Positions 10,631-20,970 of a stretch of DNA of 64,000 nucleotides are shown piece after piece. Source of the stretch: Patescibacteria group bacterium (GTDB lineage Bacteria > Patescibacteriota > Patescibacteriia > Magasanikbacterales > GWA2-37-8). Position 1 is the stretch's first letter. Every line of letters begins with the position of its first letter. The notes below the pieces were generated by a model, which ran no database searches, was not told the origin of the DNA, and was given only the letters and a program-made list of their open reading frames with translations. The stretch is taken from positions 14,670 through 78,669 of the forward strand of contig JBAZUP010000002.1 in NCBI GenBank assembly GCA_041661385.1. Reading direction: 5' to 3'. A program made the translations under genes and the position numbers.

Positions 10631-11680
10631 ATGTCGATAGATTTTATAAAATTTGAAAGCGAAGCACTGGCCGCGATTAAAGCGGTGGGTGATGCCACAG
10701 CACTTGAAGCGGTAGAAAATAAATTACTTGGCCGCAAGCAAGGCGAATTTACTTCGCTCATGAAAGGCATGGCCGCTCTGCCGCCGGAAGAGCGCAAGCT
10801 TGCCGGAACAAAATTAAATGAATTAAAGAATAAAATTTTGGCGTCGCTCGAAGAAAAAAAACAGGAAATAAATAATAAGTCCTGGAATGAAATAGGCGAA
10901 ACTGAAAAAATTGATTTGACTGCGCCGCCCTTACCGACAAAAAAATTCGGACATTTTCACCCCAATACTATTATTCAGAAAGATTTAGAAGATTTGTTTT
11001 CCTCAATGGGTTTTATTGTGCTTGATGGGCCGGAGCTAGAAAGCGACTATTATAATTTCTCGGCTTTAAATATTCCTGAAACTCACCCCGCTCGTGATAT
11101 GCAGGATACTTTTTATATAAAGGATCATTCTGGGTCGGAAGTTGCTGACAAGTGGGTGATGCGTACTCATACATCGCCTATGCAAGTTAGGGCGATGCAA
11201 AAATTCGGCGTACCGCTTCGGGCAATCGTACCCGGAAAATGTTATCGAAATGAATCTACCGACGTGCGGCATGAACACACTTTTTATCAGCTCGAGGGTT
11301 TTATTATTGATAAGGGAATAAATTTGAGTCATATGAAAGGGGTGCTTGAAACAGTAGCGAAACATCTTTATGGTGATGATACGGCGCTTCGGATGAGACC
11401 GAAGTATTATCCGTTTGTTGAACCGGGTGTAAATTATGAGGTAACTTGTTTTTTGTGCAAAGGAAAAGGTTGCCGAGTATGTAAAAGTTCGGGCTGGCTC
11501 GAAATCGGCGGCGCCGGCATGATTCATCGTAATGTCCTAAAAGAAGGAGGCATTGACCACAAAGTCTACAGCGGCTTTGCGTTTGGTTTTGGACTCACGC
11601 GCCTCGTGATGTTGCGGTATGGCATAGATGATATTAGGCTTCTTGAAAGCGGTAATCTAAAATTTTTAGAACAGTTCTAG
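10631..11680 (+). CDS. pheS: Phenylalanine--tRNA ligase alpha subunit
   Basis: HPARDMQDTFY, RTHTSP, YPFVEP, GFAFGFG. Confidence 0.97.
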   Translation: MSIDFIKFESEALAAIKAVGDATALEAVENKLLGRKQGEFTSLMKGMAALPPEERKLAGTKLNELKNKILASLEEKKQEINNKSWNEIGETEKIDLTAPPLPTKKFGHFHPNTIIQKDLEDLFSSMGFIVLDGPELESDYYNFSALNIPETHPARDMQDTFYIKDHSGSEVADKWVMRTHTSPMQVRAMQKFGVPLRAIVPGKCYRNESTDVRHEHTFYQLEGFIIDKGINLSHMKGVLETVAKHLYGDDTALRMRPKYYPFVEPGVNYEVTCFLCKGKGCRVCKSSGWLEIGGAGMIHRNVLKEGGIDHKVYSGFAFGFGLTRLVMLRYGIDDIRLLESGNLKFLEQF

Positions 11681-11681
11681 T

Positions 11682-14120
11682 ATGCAGATCTCTTATCAAT
11701 GGTTACGTGAATATGTAAAATTACCCGACTCACTCGAGCCGGAAACGATTGCTGAAAAATTAAAACTCAGCACGGTTGAAGTAGAGGGTTTGATTAGACT
11801 CGGAGCTCAGCTTGAAAATGTTGTAGTGGGGAAGGTTTTAAAAGCGGAAAAACATCCTGATGCCGACAAATTGAAAGTCTGCGAAGTCGATCTCGGAGAC
11901 GAAAAAGCTACTTTAGTTTGCGGAGGAAGTAATGTAAAAGAGGGAATGCTTTGCGCGGTCGCAAAAATTGGCGCCAAAGTGAAATGGCATGGTGAGGGTG
12001 AGCCGGTAACGCTTGAAAAGGCCAGTATTCGCGGGGTGGAATCAAGCGGTATGATTTGCGGCGCTGATGAGATTGGTTTACTGGATATGTTTCCAAAAAA
12101 AGAAGAAAAAGAAATTGTGGATTTGACGGCATTGAAATTAAAAGTTGGAAAACCGCTTGCTGAAGCTTTAAAATTAAATGATGTAATTTTTGAAATTGAC
12201 AATAAATCACTTTCTAATCGTCCAGATTTATGGGGGCATTATGGAATTGCCCGCGAAGTCGCGGCTCTTACTAATCGTTCCGTTCAACCGCCTAAAGTTA
12301 AAGATATTAAAGCCGGTTCAAAAACAATATCGGTTAAAGTTGAAAACGAAAAAGATTGTCCGCGATATATGGCGGTAGCAGTTGAAGGGGTAAAAATCGG
12401 CGAATCACCAGCTTGGTTAAAACAAAAATTGTCAGCGACGGGAGTGAGACCGATAAATAACGTGGTTGATATTACCAATTATGTAATGCTAGCGCTTGGT
12501 CAGCCACTCCACGCATTTGACGGCCGAACTCTACAAAAAGATAAGGGTTATAATATTGGTGTGCGAGCCGCCAAAATTGGTGAAAAATTTGTTACGCTTG
12601 ATGAAAAAGAACGTGATTTACCGACCGGAACTTTACTTATTACTTCTCTCGATCGACCGGTTGCAATAGCTGGTATTATGGGCGGTCTTCATAGCGGAGT
12701 AAAAAGCGATACTGAAACTGTAATATTTGAAGCGGCCAATTTCTCAGGGCCCCTAATTCGTAAAATTTCTACTTTATTAAATTTGCGCACCGATGCTTCC
12801 GCTCGGTTTGAGAAAAAACTCGATCCAAGTCTGTGTGAAACCGCTCTAAAAAAAGCCGTGGAAATGTTGCTTGAACTTTCACCTGGCGCGAAAGTGGCAA
12901 GCAAGGTTGCTGATGCCGGAAGGAATAATAAAATAATGCGGCCGCTTGAAATGCCGGTTGATTTTGTTGAAAAATTTTCCGGAATAAAAATACCCGCTAA
13001 AACAATTTTAACTATTTTAGAACGATTGGGTTTTGAAATTTCTCTAAAAGGCGAGATCTGGCATATTAATGTGCCAAGTTGGCGCGCTGAAGATGTAAAT
13101 TCACCCGAAGCGGTGGTAGAAGAGGTGCTGCGTATTTATGGTTATCAGAATATCACCGGTTCATTGCCGACTTTTACTATTACGCCGCCGCTTAAAAATT
13201 CCTTACGTAGCCTGGAGCGCCGGATAGCGGAAATACTAGTGCGAGATTTTGCTTATACCGAAGTTTATAATTATTCATTTGTCAGTGCTGAGCAAATGAA
13301 TAAAATTGGCGAGGATATTTCTTTGGCTTTGGAATTAGATAATCCACTGTCAAAAGAAAAACCGTTTCTGCGCCGCTCTTTACTCCCTAATCTTCTTGAA
13401 ATCTTCAAAAAAAATGCTGACCATGAAGAAATTGCAGTATTTGAAATTGGTCAGGTTTACCAGAAAGAATTATCTGGCCTGCGTGTTTCTGCTGGTAGTA
13501 ATGATCTTTTGCCTCGCGAAGACACTTATTTAACAGTTATTTTTAGTAATCGAAAAAATAATCAGCCATTTGGAGAAGTCAAAAAAATTGCGATTCGTAT
13601 TATGAATTTATTGGGTGTCGAGAGTCAGGCGCTACCTGCTACTCCGGCTTTTCATATTCATCCCGCACGAGCCGAAGAAATTAAAATTGGCGAAAATTCT
13701 GTTGGCAAGTATTACGAGCTTCACCCTAGAGTTTGTAAAAATTTTGGAGTTGAAGGCAGAGTTTCAGTATTAACTTTAAATTTATCACAACTTTCAGATT
13801 TAGTTTCGCCGCAAATTGTCGGACATTACGAACCAATGTCTCAATATCCGGAAGTGGAAAGAGACTTGGCTTTTGTGGTTGATAAAAAAATTACTAATCA
13901 AGAAGTTGTTGAGGTACTTGCCGGTTTAGACCCGGTTTTGAAAAAAATCGAGCTTTTTGATTCTTATGAAGGAGAGAAACTCGCTGTAAATAAAAAAAGT
14001 CTTGCTTATCATTTTACTTTTTCACACCAGGAACGCACTCTTACCTCCGATGAAGTGTCGGTAGTTGAGCAGAAGATTAAATCAGTTCTTACGAGTAGGT
14101 TTCAAGCCGAATTACGTTAA
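11682..14120 (+). CDS. pheT: Phenylalanine--tRNA ligase beta subunit
   Basis: HPDADKL OB domain, NRPDL, NNVVDITNYV, GQPLHAFD, C-terminal FDX-ACB domain; follows pheS. Confidence 0.97.
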   Translation: MQISYQWLREYVKLPDSLEPETIAEKLKLSTVEVEGLIRLGAQLENVVVGKVLKAEKHPDADKLKVCEVDLGDEKATLVCGGSNVKEGMLCAVAKIGAKVKWHGEGEPVTLEKASIRGVESSGMICGADEIGLLDMFPKKEEKEIVDLTALKLKVGKPLAEALKLNDVIFEIDNKSLSNRPDLWGHYGIAREVAALTNRSVQPPKVKDIKAGSKTISVKVENEKDCPRYMAVAVEGVKIGESPAWLKQKLSATGVRPINNVVDITNYVMLALGQPLHAFDGRTLQKDKGYNIGVRAAKIGEKFVTLDEKERDLPTGTLLITSLDRPVAIAGIMGGLHSGVKSDTETVIFEAANFSGPLIRKISTLLNLRTDASARFEKKLDPSLCETALKKAVEMLLELSPGAKVASKVADAGRNNKIMRPLEMPVDFVEKFSGIKIPAKTILTILERLGFEISLKGEIWHINVPSWRAEDVNSPEAVVEEVLRIYGYQNITGSLPTFTITPPLKNSLRSLERRIAEILVRDFAYTEVYNYSFVSAEQMNKIGEDISLALELDNPLSKEKPFLRRSLLPNLLEIFKKNADHEEIAVFEIGQVYQKELSGLRVSAGSNDLLPREDTYLTVIFSNRKNNQPFGEVKKIAIRIMNLLGVESQALPATPAFHIHPARAEEIKIGENSVGKYYELHPRVCKNFGVEGRVSVLTLNLSQLSDLVSPQIVGHYEPMSQYPEVERDLAFVVDKKITNQEVVEVLAGLDPVLKKIELFDSYEGEKLAVNKKSLAYHFTFSHQERTLTSDEVSVVEQKIKSVLTSRFQAELR

Positions 14121-14213
14121 GAGTTGCAGAAAAAAAAGTTCATGTGATATAATAACTGTGTAAATAATTGTAAGTCCGTTAAAGATCAGCGTTTTTAGCG
14201 GGCAAGGAGTGGT

Positions 14214-14600
14214 ATGGTTATAACGCCTCAAGATATTTTGTACCTCGTAATATCATTTTGCGTGGTATGGGTAACAGTATTTCTGTGCTGGACTTTTTAT
14301 TACCTCATGAAGCTCCTGCGCACCACCAACCAGATTGTTGATGAATTTCGCACCCGCTTACAAACTTTGTCAGAAACTATTAATTATGTTCGCGGTAAGG
14401 TAGATCACATGTCCGGACTCATGACTCTTGCAACCGGCGGAGTGTCAGAATTGGTAAAAAAAATGGTGACAAAAAAAGCTAGGCAATGGGTAGACGACGG
14501 AGCTGATCAGTTTAGTGATGCTGCCAAGGATGCAGTTGATAAAGCCGTCGCCGCTACGGCAAAAAAAATGAAAAAAGCGACCAGTAAAATAAAAAAATAA
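14214..14600 (+). CDS. Small membrane-anchored coiled-coil protein
   Basis: N-terminal TM helix followed by an amphipathic coil; AAGGAG upstream. Confidence 0.75.
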   Translation: MVITPQDILYLVISFCVVWVTVFLCWTFYYLMKLLRTTNQIVDEFRTRLQTLSETINYVRGKVDHMSGLMTLATGGVSELVKKMVTKKARQWVDDGADQFSDAAKDAVDKAVAATAKKMKKATSKIKK

Positions 14601-14685
14601 TATAAAATTACAAACCCCTCACTATAAAAGCTGAGGGGTTTTTTTGTTGGCCATTCAAGGCCTCCTCCTTGGAGTTCACCAGTTC

Positions 14686-14889
14686 TCACGTCGCTCGACG
14701 GTCGTTCCGCAGGGCGCGGATCTTGGCGCTGATGCGCTTTGTCGAGTCGCCGTTTGGGGCATGGCTGCGAAGCTGTTCAAGCTTCATGATGAGCTCTTCG
14801 GGCAAAAGTCCGCTCGTCATGATCTTGTCGAGTTCCACATTGAACTCCTCCGGTGTCCACTTATGGCTGCTGTCTGTTCCATCAGACAT
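14686..14889 (-). CDS. Orphan small protein, 67 aa
   Basis: AGGAG shortly upstream of ATG 14889; bidirectional terminator at ~14612-14645 downstream. Confidence 0.55.
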   Translation of the reverse strand: MSDGTDSSHKWTPEEFNVELDKIMTSGLLPEELIMKLEQLRSHAPNGDSTKRISAKIRALRNDRRAT

Positions 14890-15043
14890 GTTGCACTCCT
14901 TCACTTCGGTGTTTTTTATGTTTCTGTAATCCTCGTAGAATGCTAAATTAGCTTAGCATTTTTAGCAGTAAAGTCAATGCTAGAGGGTAAATTTGGACGG
15001 TTGATTTAGTTAAAAATATAAGGTAAGATGGCTTTACAAAAAT

Positions 15044-18000
15044 ATGTCGGATTTTATCCATCTACACACGCATTCTCACTATTCATTACTCGACGCTTTG
15101 CCAAAGATTGACGAGCTGGTTAAAGCTGCCAAATCGCAAAATTATTCTGCTGTTGCGCTTACCGATCACGCAAATTTGTACGGTGCGATTGAGTTCTATG
15201 AAGCATGCGTCAAAGAAGGTATAAAGCCGATTGTCGGTGTAGAAATTTATACCACTCCATTTGATCTGGATGATAAAAATATTGTTGATCACAAACAATA
15301 TCACTTGGTTTTGCTCGTGGAAAATTACGAGGGATATAAAAATTTATTGAAACTAATTTCTTTTTCTCATTTGGAAGGAACGCGCGGAAGGCCGCTTGTT
15401 GACCGAAAGCGTCTTAGTCAGTTTAAAGACGGGCTCATCGCTTTATCAGGGTGTATTGAAGGAGAGATACCGACCATTATTCGAAAAGAAAATAATTTTG
15501 AAAAAGCCAAAAAAGTCGCTTTGGAATTACAAAATATATTTGGTCCGGAAAGATTTTATTTAGAATTAAATGATTTACCCTCGCTTGAGGGGCAACTCGA
15601 GGTAAATTCCGAATTAATAAAAATTAGCAAAGAAACCGGTATTCCGCTCGTGGTCACTAGAGACACTCATTATATCAATACCGACGATACCGAAGCGCAG
15701 GATATTTTGACCTGTATTCGAGACGGACAAACTTTGGATGAACCGAACCGGCCCACGATGCAGGGGGTAGATTATTCTTTTGGTTCAGCAAAAGAAATAA
15801 TTGGTCGCTTTAAACATTGTCCGGAAGCAATTGAAAATACCGTCAAAATTGCCGAACGCATAAATTTAAAAATTGAATTAAATAAATGGCATTTTCCGGC
15901 GCTTGATATCCCCGGCGGGAAAACTGCCTCAGAGTATTTGCGGGCAGAAGTGTATGAAAGAATTTTGAAATTAACTGACTTGACCGATGAGGTTAAAAAG
16001 CGTCTTGAATATGAATTAGAAATTATTGAAAAAAAAGGCTACTCACCATATTTTTTGGTTGTAGCAGATTATGTTCGTTTTGCTCGTGAAAATGGCATCA
16101 TTGAAACTACCCGTGGCTCGGCCGCCGGTTCGCTAGTTTCTTACGCGATGGGCATTGTTTCCGTAAACCCATTATTTTTTAAACTCCCATTTGAACGTTT
16201 TTTAAACCCTTTCCGCCCCAGCCCTCCTGATATTGATGCGGATTTTGCGGATGATCGGCGTGATGAAATGATCGCATACGTCACCAAAAAATATGGCGCC
16301 GATAAAGTAGCTCAAATTATTACTTTTGGTACTATGGCGGCGCGCGGCAGTATTCGCGATGTCGGTCGGGCACTCGGTTATAGTTATGCTTTTTGCGACC
16401 AAGTTTCCAAACTGATTCCATTTGGAGCGCAAGGATTTAACATGACAATCGCTAAGGCGCTCGAAAACACTCCTGAACTTAAAGAATTATCGGTAAAAAA
16501 TCAACAGGTAAAACGTCTGCTTGATCTCGCTCAAAAAATTGAAGGCTGTGTTCGTCATACTTCAATTCACGCCGCGGGCGTGGTTATTGCTCCGACTCCG
16601 CTCACCGATTTTACTCCGGTTCAACACGAAGTTGGAGGTGAAAAACTTACCACGCAATACGAAATGCATTCTGTGGAAGCAGCCGGACTTCTTAAGATGG
16701 ATTTTCTTGGAATTCGCAATCTTTCTATTCTTGGACGAGCCGTGGAAATTGTGGAAAAGACCACCGGCAAACATATAGATATCCACAATCTTCAACCTTG
16801 GGATGATAAAAAAACTTATGAGATGCTAGCACGCGGAGAGACTGTGGGAGTTTTTCAACTTTCCGGTTCAGGTATGACGAGATATTTGAAAGAATTAAAA
16901 CCCGCCAGTATTTTTGATATTATGGCGATGGTGGCGCTGTTCCGCCCGGGTCCGATGGAATCAATTCCTGAATATATCAAACGCAAGAATGATCCGAGCA
17001 CAATTGATTATTTGGATAAGCGAATGAAAGATTATCTTGATCAATCGCTTGGTCTTATTGTTTATCAGGATGATGTGCTCTTAACCGCTATTAATCTTGC
17101 CGGTTATAACTGGGAAGAAGCGGATAAATTTAGAAAGGCGATGGGTAAAAAAATTAAGGCGGAAATGGACAAGCAAAAAGAAAAATTTGTTAAGGGGTGC
17201 CGTGAGTTTGGTAAATTGCCGGAAGCAAAAATACATCGTTTATGGGAGCTTATTGAACCATTTGCGGCGTATGGGTTTAACAAAGCTCATGCCGCGAGTT
17301 ATGGGGTTATTGCTTATCAAACCGCCTACATGAAGGCAAATTTTCCGATTCAATATATGACTGCGGTGCTTATTGCCGAGAGCGGTGATATTGATAAAGT
17401 GCCATTCATAATTCACGAATGTGAACGCATGGGAATTAAAGTTTTACCTCCGTCTATTAATGAAAGTTTTAGAAGTTTTGCAATGATTAGCGCCGAAGGC
17501 GCGGAAACGCATATTCGATTTGGCTTAAATGGAATAAAGAATCTTGGCGAGAATATTGCCGAAGTTATTTATCGGGAGCGTAAAGAAAATGGTAAATACA
17601 CCAGTCTTGAAAATCTTTTAACCAGAGTAAAAGACCGGGATTTAAACCGACGATCGCTAGAAAGTTTAATTAAGTGTGGAGCGCTAGATGAATTTGGTTA
17701 TGATCGAGGGGTGCTACTTGGAAATAGCGATGTGATTATAGCGTTTGTTAAAGATCATCAAGAAGCAGGAGCGACTGCAAAAAAACAACATTCATTATTT
17801 GCGGGCAGTGCCATTGAATCTGTTTCAAAATTACGATTAGGCCCGGCCGCCAATGCGACCGCTGACGACAAGTTACATTGGGAAAAAGAATTACTTGGGC
17901 TATATGTTTCTTCGCACCCATTTTCTGGTTTTCAAAAAATAATGGAACGAGCGCTAACGCCAATCAGTGAATTATCCGGAGTTGGCAAGAAACAATGGGT

Positions 18001-18526
18001 GGTGGTGGGCGGAGTGATTGAAACGACTAAGAAAAAAATCACCAGAGCCGGAGCGGCCATGATGTTCGTTAATATTCAGGATGTTACTGGGAGTCTAGAA
18101 TTATTGGTATTTCCGAAAACTTATGAAACCACCAAAGATGTTTGGATTGAGGGCACGACCGTGTGCGTGGTGGGACGAACTGGAGACGAAGAGGGAGACG
18201 ATAAGTTATTCGTCGAACGCGCTTATCAAATTACCAAAGATAATGTAAAACAGCTAGCCGCGCAAATGGCAATGAATAACATGAAACCATCGGTGCGTGA
18301 TTATGTTCAGCCGGAAGCGCTTAAAAAAATTGAGGAAGACGGATTTGAAATTGAGCTTTCTGCTAAGGTGATGAAAGAAAAAGCGGACGCTATTAAAATG
18401 GTGCTTGTAAAATTTCCCGGTTCAAAAACGGTATTTTTAAAAGTCGGTGATAAAAAAATAAAGACGCAGTACCTGGTGGATGCGTCTGACAAACTTAAAG
18501 AAGAAATTGCTTCGGTGATTAATTAA
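15044..18526 (+). CDS. dnaE: DNA polymerase III alpha subunit
   Basis: PHP motif HLHTHSHYSLLD, RGSAAGS, PPDIDAD, HAAGVV, YGFNKAH, OB fold. Confidence 0.97.
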   Translation: MSDFIHLHTHSHYSLLDALPKIDELVKAAKSQNYSAVALTDHANLYGAIEFYEACVKEGIKPIVGVEIYTTPFDLDDKNIVDHKQYHLVLLVENYEGYKNLLKLISFSHLEGTRGRPLVDRKRLSQFKDGLIALSGCIEGEIPTIIRKENNFEKAKKVALELQNIFGPERFYLELNDLPSLEGQLEVNSELIKISKETGIPLVVTRDTHYINTDDTEAQDILTCIRDGQTLDEPNRPTMQGVDYSFGSAKEIIGRFKHCPEAIENTVKIAERINLKIELNKWHFPALDIPGGKTASEYLRAEVYERILKLTDLTDEVKKRLEYELEIIEKKGYSPYFLVVADYVRFARENGIIETTRGSAAGSLVSYAMGIVSVNPLFFKLPFERFLNPFRPSPPDIDADFADDRRDEMIAYVTKKYGADKVAQIITFGTMAARGSIRDVGRALGYSYAFCDQVSKLIPFGAQGFNMTIAKALENTPELKELSVKNQQVKRLLDLAQKIEGCVRHTSIHAAGVVIAPTPLTDFTPVQHEVGGEKLTTQYEMHSVEAAGLLKMDFLGIRNLSILGRAVEIVEKTTGKHIDIHNLQPWDDKKTYEMLARGETVGVFQLSGSGMTRYLKELKPASIFDIMAMVALFRPGPMESIPEYIKRKNDPSTIDYLDKRMKDYLDQSLGLIVYQDDVLLTAINLAGYNWEEADKFRKAMGKKIKAEMDKQKEKFVKGCREFGKLPEAKIHRLWELIEPFAAYGFNKAHAASYGVIAYQTAYMKANFPIQYMTAVLIAESGDIDKVPFIIHECERMGIKVLPPSINESFRSFAMISAEGAETHIRFGLNGIKNLGENIAEVIYRERKENGKYTSLENLLTRVKDRDLNRRSLESLIKCGALDEFGYDRGVLLGNSDVIIAFVKDHQEAGATAKKQHSLFAGSAIESVSKLRLGPAANATADDKLHWEKELLGLYVSSHPFSGFQKIMERALTPISELSGVGKKQWVVVGGVIETTKKKITRAGAAMMFVNIQDVTGSLELLVFPKTYETTKDVWIEGTTVCVVGRTGDEEGDDKLFVERAYQITKDNVKQLAAQMAMNNMKPSVRDYVQPEALKKIEEDGFEIELSAKVMKEKADAIKMVLVKFPGSKTVFLKVGDKKIKTQYLVDASDKLKEEIASVIN

Positions 18527-19604
18527 TCTCCCAATTCGGGTCTGCTTTTAAATCGCGCCAGTCTGTGTACTGGTTTTTTTGTGCTTTATAATATCCGGCA
18601 ACAGCAATCATGGCGGCATTATCCATGCAATATTTAGTATCCGGAATAAGAAAGGCAGAGTTTAACGATTGATTAACAATTTCTTTTTGCAGAGTTTCAC
18701 GCAATTTTTTATTGGCGGCAACCCCACCAGCCAAAATTATTGTTTTGGGGTTGAATTCTTTGGCGGCGCGTAAAGTTTTTTTAACGAGCACTTCCACAAT
18801 TGCTTCCTCAAACGAAGCGCAAAAGTCACTCATTGTTGGCGGTTCGGATTGTTGTCCTAAAATACCCGCCGGCAAAGTTATACTACCAAGTTTTACGGCG
18901 GTTAATTTATTATCTCTTAACCAATACAAAGCCGAGGTTTTTAATCCGGCAAAACTGAAAGCATAATTTTCGTGGGTCAGCATCGGTCGAGGGAATTTTA
19001 TCGCGTTAGTTTTTCCAGTTTCAGCAAGTTTAGAAATTTGCGGGCCGCCCGGATAGGGGAGATCCAAAAGTTTTGCAACCTTATCAAAACATTCACCGGC
19101 GGCGTCGTCTACCGTTGCGCCAAGTTTTTGGTAATCACCATGTTCATGCATTAAAATTAGTTCGGTATGGCCGCCGCTCACAATAAGAACGAGGGCTGGA
19201 AAGGTGATTTTATTCAATTTTGGGTTTTGGTCATTGGGATTTGGGATTTCTACTGAATGTATGTGTCCGTCGAGGTGGTTAAGGCTTACGATTGGAATAT
19301 TTTTAGCGAGGGAAAGTGCTCTCGCGGCGGTAGTTGCGACGAGAAGTCCGGTAATAAGGCCGGGACCCGATGTGACTGCCAAAACATCTGGATTTTTTTG
19401 TCCTTTCAACACTTCTTCAATCAGCGGTACAAGTTTTTCCGCGTGCATTCGACCGGCAATTTCCGGCACAACGCCACCGTATTTTTTGTGAATTTCAATT
19501 TGCGAAGCAGTTTTTTCGGCAATAACAAAATGGCCCTGGTCAGAACTTTCTACCAGAGCCACTGAAGTGTCGTCACAAGATGATTCAATTCCGAGAATTA
19601 TCAT
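18519..19604 (-). CDS. tsaD: tRNA threonylcarbamoyltransferase TsaD
   Basis: GIESSCDDT, GGVVPE, HLDGH, VSGGHT, DDAAGECFDK, DNAAMIA. Confidence 0.96.
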   Translation of the reverse strand: MIILGIESSCDDTSVALVESSDQGHFVIAEKTASQIEIHKKYGGVVPEIAGRMHAEKLVPLIEEVLKGQKNPDVLAVTSGPGLITGLLVATTAARALSLAKNIPIVSLNHLDGHIHSVEIPNPNDQNPKLNKITFPALVLIVSGGHTELILMHEHGDYQKLGATVDDAAGECFDKVAKLLDLPYPGGPQISKLAETGKTNAIKFPRPMLTHENYAFSFAGLKTSALYWLRDNKLTAVKLGSITLPAGILGQQSEPPTMSDFCASFEEAIVEVLVKKTLRAAKEFNPKTIILAGGVAANKKLRETLQKEIVNQSLNSAFLIPDTKYCMDNAAMIAVAGYYKAQKNQYTDWRDLKADPNWEIN

Positions 19605-19608
19605 ATTG

Positions 19609-19682
19609 TGTCAAGGGCGGGGCTCGAACCCGCGACCTTAGCGTTATGAATGCTACGCTCTAACCAGCTGAGCTACCCTGAC
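19609..19682 (-). tRNA. tRNA with CAT anticodon (elongator Met or lysidine-modified Ile2)
   Basis: Reverse complement folds as GTCAGGG acceptor / GCTC D-stem / TAGCA-TTCATAA-CGCTA / GCGGG-TTCGAGC-CCCGC / CCTTGAC-A. The 1-72 pair and lack of three G-C anticodon pairs argue against an initiator. CCA is not encoded. Confidence 0.93.
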
Positions 19683-19761
19683 AATTAGTCGTTCTTTACT
19701 GAACGCCTGATATTATAGTAAAAAAAAGCCGCTCGGTCAAGCCAGGCGGCTAGTTTTAGTG

Positions 19762-20253
19762 TTATTCAAGCCACTTGTGTTGCTGTACGAGTTTACATTT
19801 TTTCCAACATTTTCCAATGCCAAATGTTGACCCTGGTTCTTCAGCTACGAAAGCCAGTCCAAGAAAAACGATCGCATAGAGAATGTGTTCGTCTAAAAAG
19901 GGGTGATTTACTGGCGGTATTAAAGCGATATACATATATAAAACTAAGAGAGCGCCAGAAACACCGGCAATTTTAACTCCGGCGCCGAGAGTCATAGCAA
20001 GACCAATACCAAGCAGGCCAAGCATAAAAAACCAGTCAACTACCATGTTCCCGGCCAGACTGCTAAATACCTCGGCAAATGGTCCGTGGGCTCCAAATTT
20101 TAGAAAGCCATAGGTCGGCGAAACACCGTCTAGCCAGGTTTTTCCGGCCACGGTTGCAAATCCTAGGCCAAACATTTTATCGAGAAATGCCCACAGAAAT
20201 AGCAACCCAAAGTAGAGCCGCGCCATGACCCAAAATATTTTTATGCGTGTCAT
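19762..20253 (-). CDS. DoxX family membrane protein
   Basis: ARLYFGLLFLWAFLDK N-terminal motif, four TM helices, HPFLDEH. Confidence 0.8.
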   Translation of the reverse strand: MTRIKIFWVMARLYFGLLFLWAFLDKMFGLGFATVAGKTWLDGVSPTYGFLKFGAHGPFAEVFSSLAGNMVVDWFFMLGLLGIGLAMTLGAGVKIAGVSGALLVLYMYIALIPPVNHPFLDEHILYAIVFLGLAFVAEEPGSTFGIGKCWKKCKLVQQHKWLE

Positions 20254-20268
20254 ATTTTAATTTTTTAA

Positions 20269-20970
20269 TTAGCGAATATAAACTTCGGCAATGTGAGCGC
20301 GGAATTGTTCGGCGAGATCCATTGTTTCTTTTTCACTAAAGGGGTGGTAATTGCCAAAGACCGGATTCAATGTTGTTTCCGGTCGGAAGGTCTGCAAGTA
20401 AAGTTTTTTTGCGCCCTTCAATAGTCGACACATTTCAATTATTACATCTGGGGTATGGACCTCTTTTACTAGGGTAGTGCGGAATTCATATTCAATTCCG
20501 CTGTCTTGTATTAAGCGAATACTTTCGGCGATTTGCTGTTCGGCTGCCCAAGGGCCAACCAGACCCTGGTATCTTGGAAGTGAAGTTTTCACATCCATAG
20601 CGATATAGTCGAGTAAGTTTTTGGCCAAAAGTTTTTTTAAGACTGCCGGTCGGTTACCATTGCTGTCGAGTTTAACCAAATAATTACGGGATTTAATTTT
20701 TTCAATAAATTGCTCAAGGTCAGACATGAGAGTTGGCTCGCCGCCCGAAACAACTACCCCATCAAGAAGGGTAGTGCGTTGATCCAAAAAGTTAAAAAAC
20801 GCTTCCTCCGTAATAAAATTCGGACGAAGCGCTGCAACCTTTTCCGGAAGAACAAATTCTGGATTGTGGCAGTAACCGCAACGGAAGTTGCAACCCGGGG
20901 TGAAAACAATGCAACTGACTTTGCCCGGGTAATCAAGTACGGTAAACGGCTGAATGCCGCTTAAGAGCAT
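20269..20970 (-). CDS. nrdG: Anaerobic ribonucleotide reductase activating enzyme (radical SAM)
   Basis: DYPG, CNFRCGYCHNP CxxxCxxC, SGGEPT; in an operon with nrdD. Confidence 0.9.
   Translation of the reverse strand: MLLSGIQPFTVLDYPGKVSCIVFTPGCNFRCGYCHNPEFVLPEKVAALRPNFITEEAFFNFLDQRTTLLDGVVVSGGEPTLMSDLEQFIEKIKSRNYLVKLDSNGNRPAVLKKLLAKNLLDYIAMDVKTSLPRYQGLVGPWAAEQQIAESIRLIQDSGIEYEFRTTLVKEVHTPDVIIEMCRLLKGAKKLYLQTFRPETTLNPVFGNYHPFSEKETMDLAEQFRAHIAEVYIR

Noticed and set aside
14644-14946. Plus-strand ORFs 14644-14946 and 14669-14929
   Set aside because: No ribosome-binding site and they start in or beside a terminator; the minus-strand ORF has a proper AGGAG.
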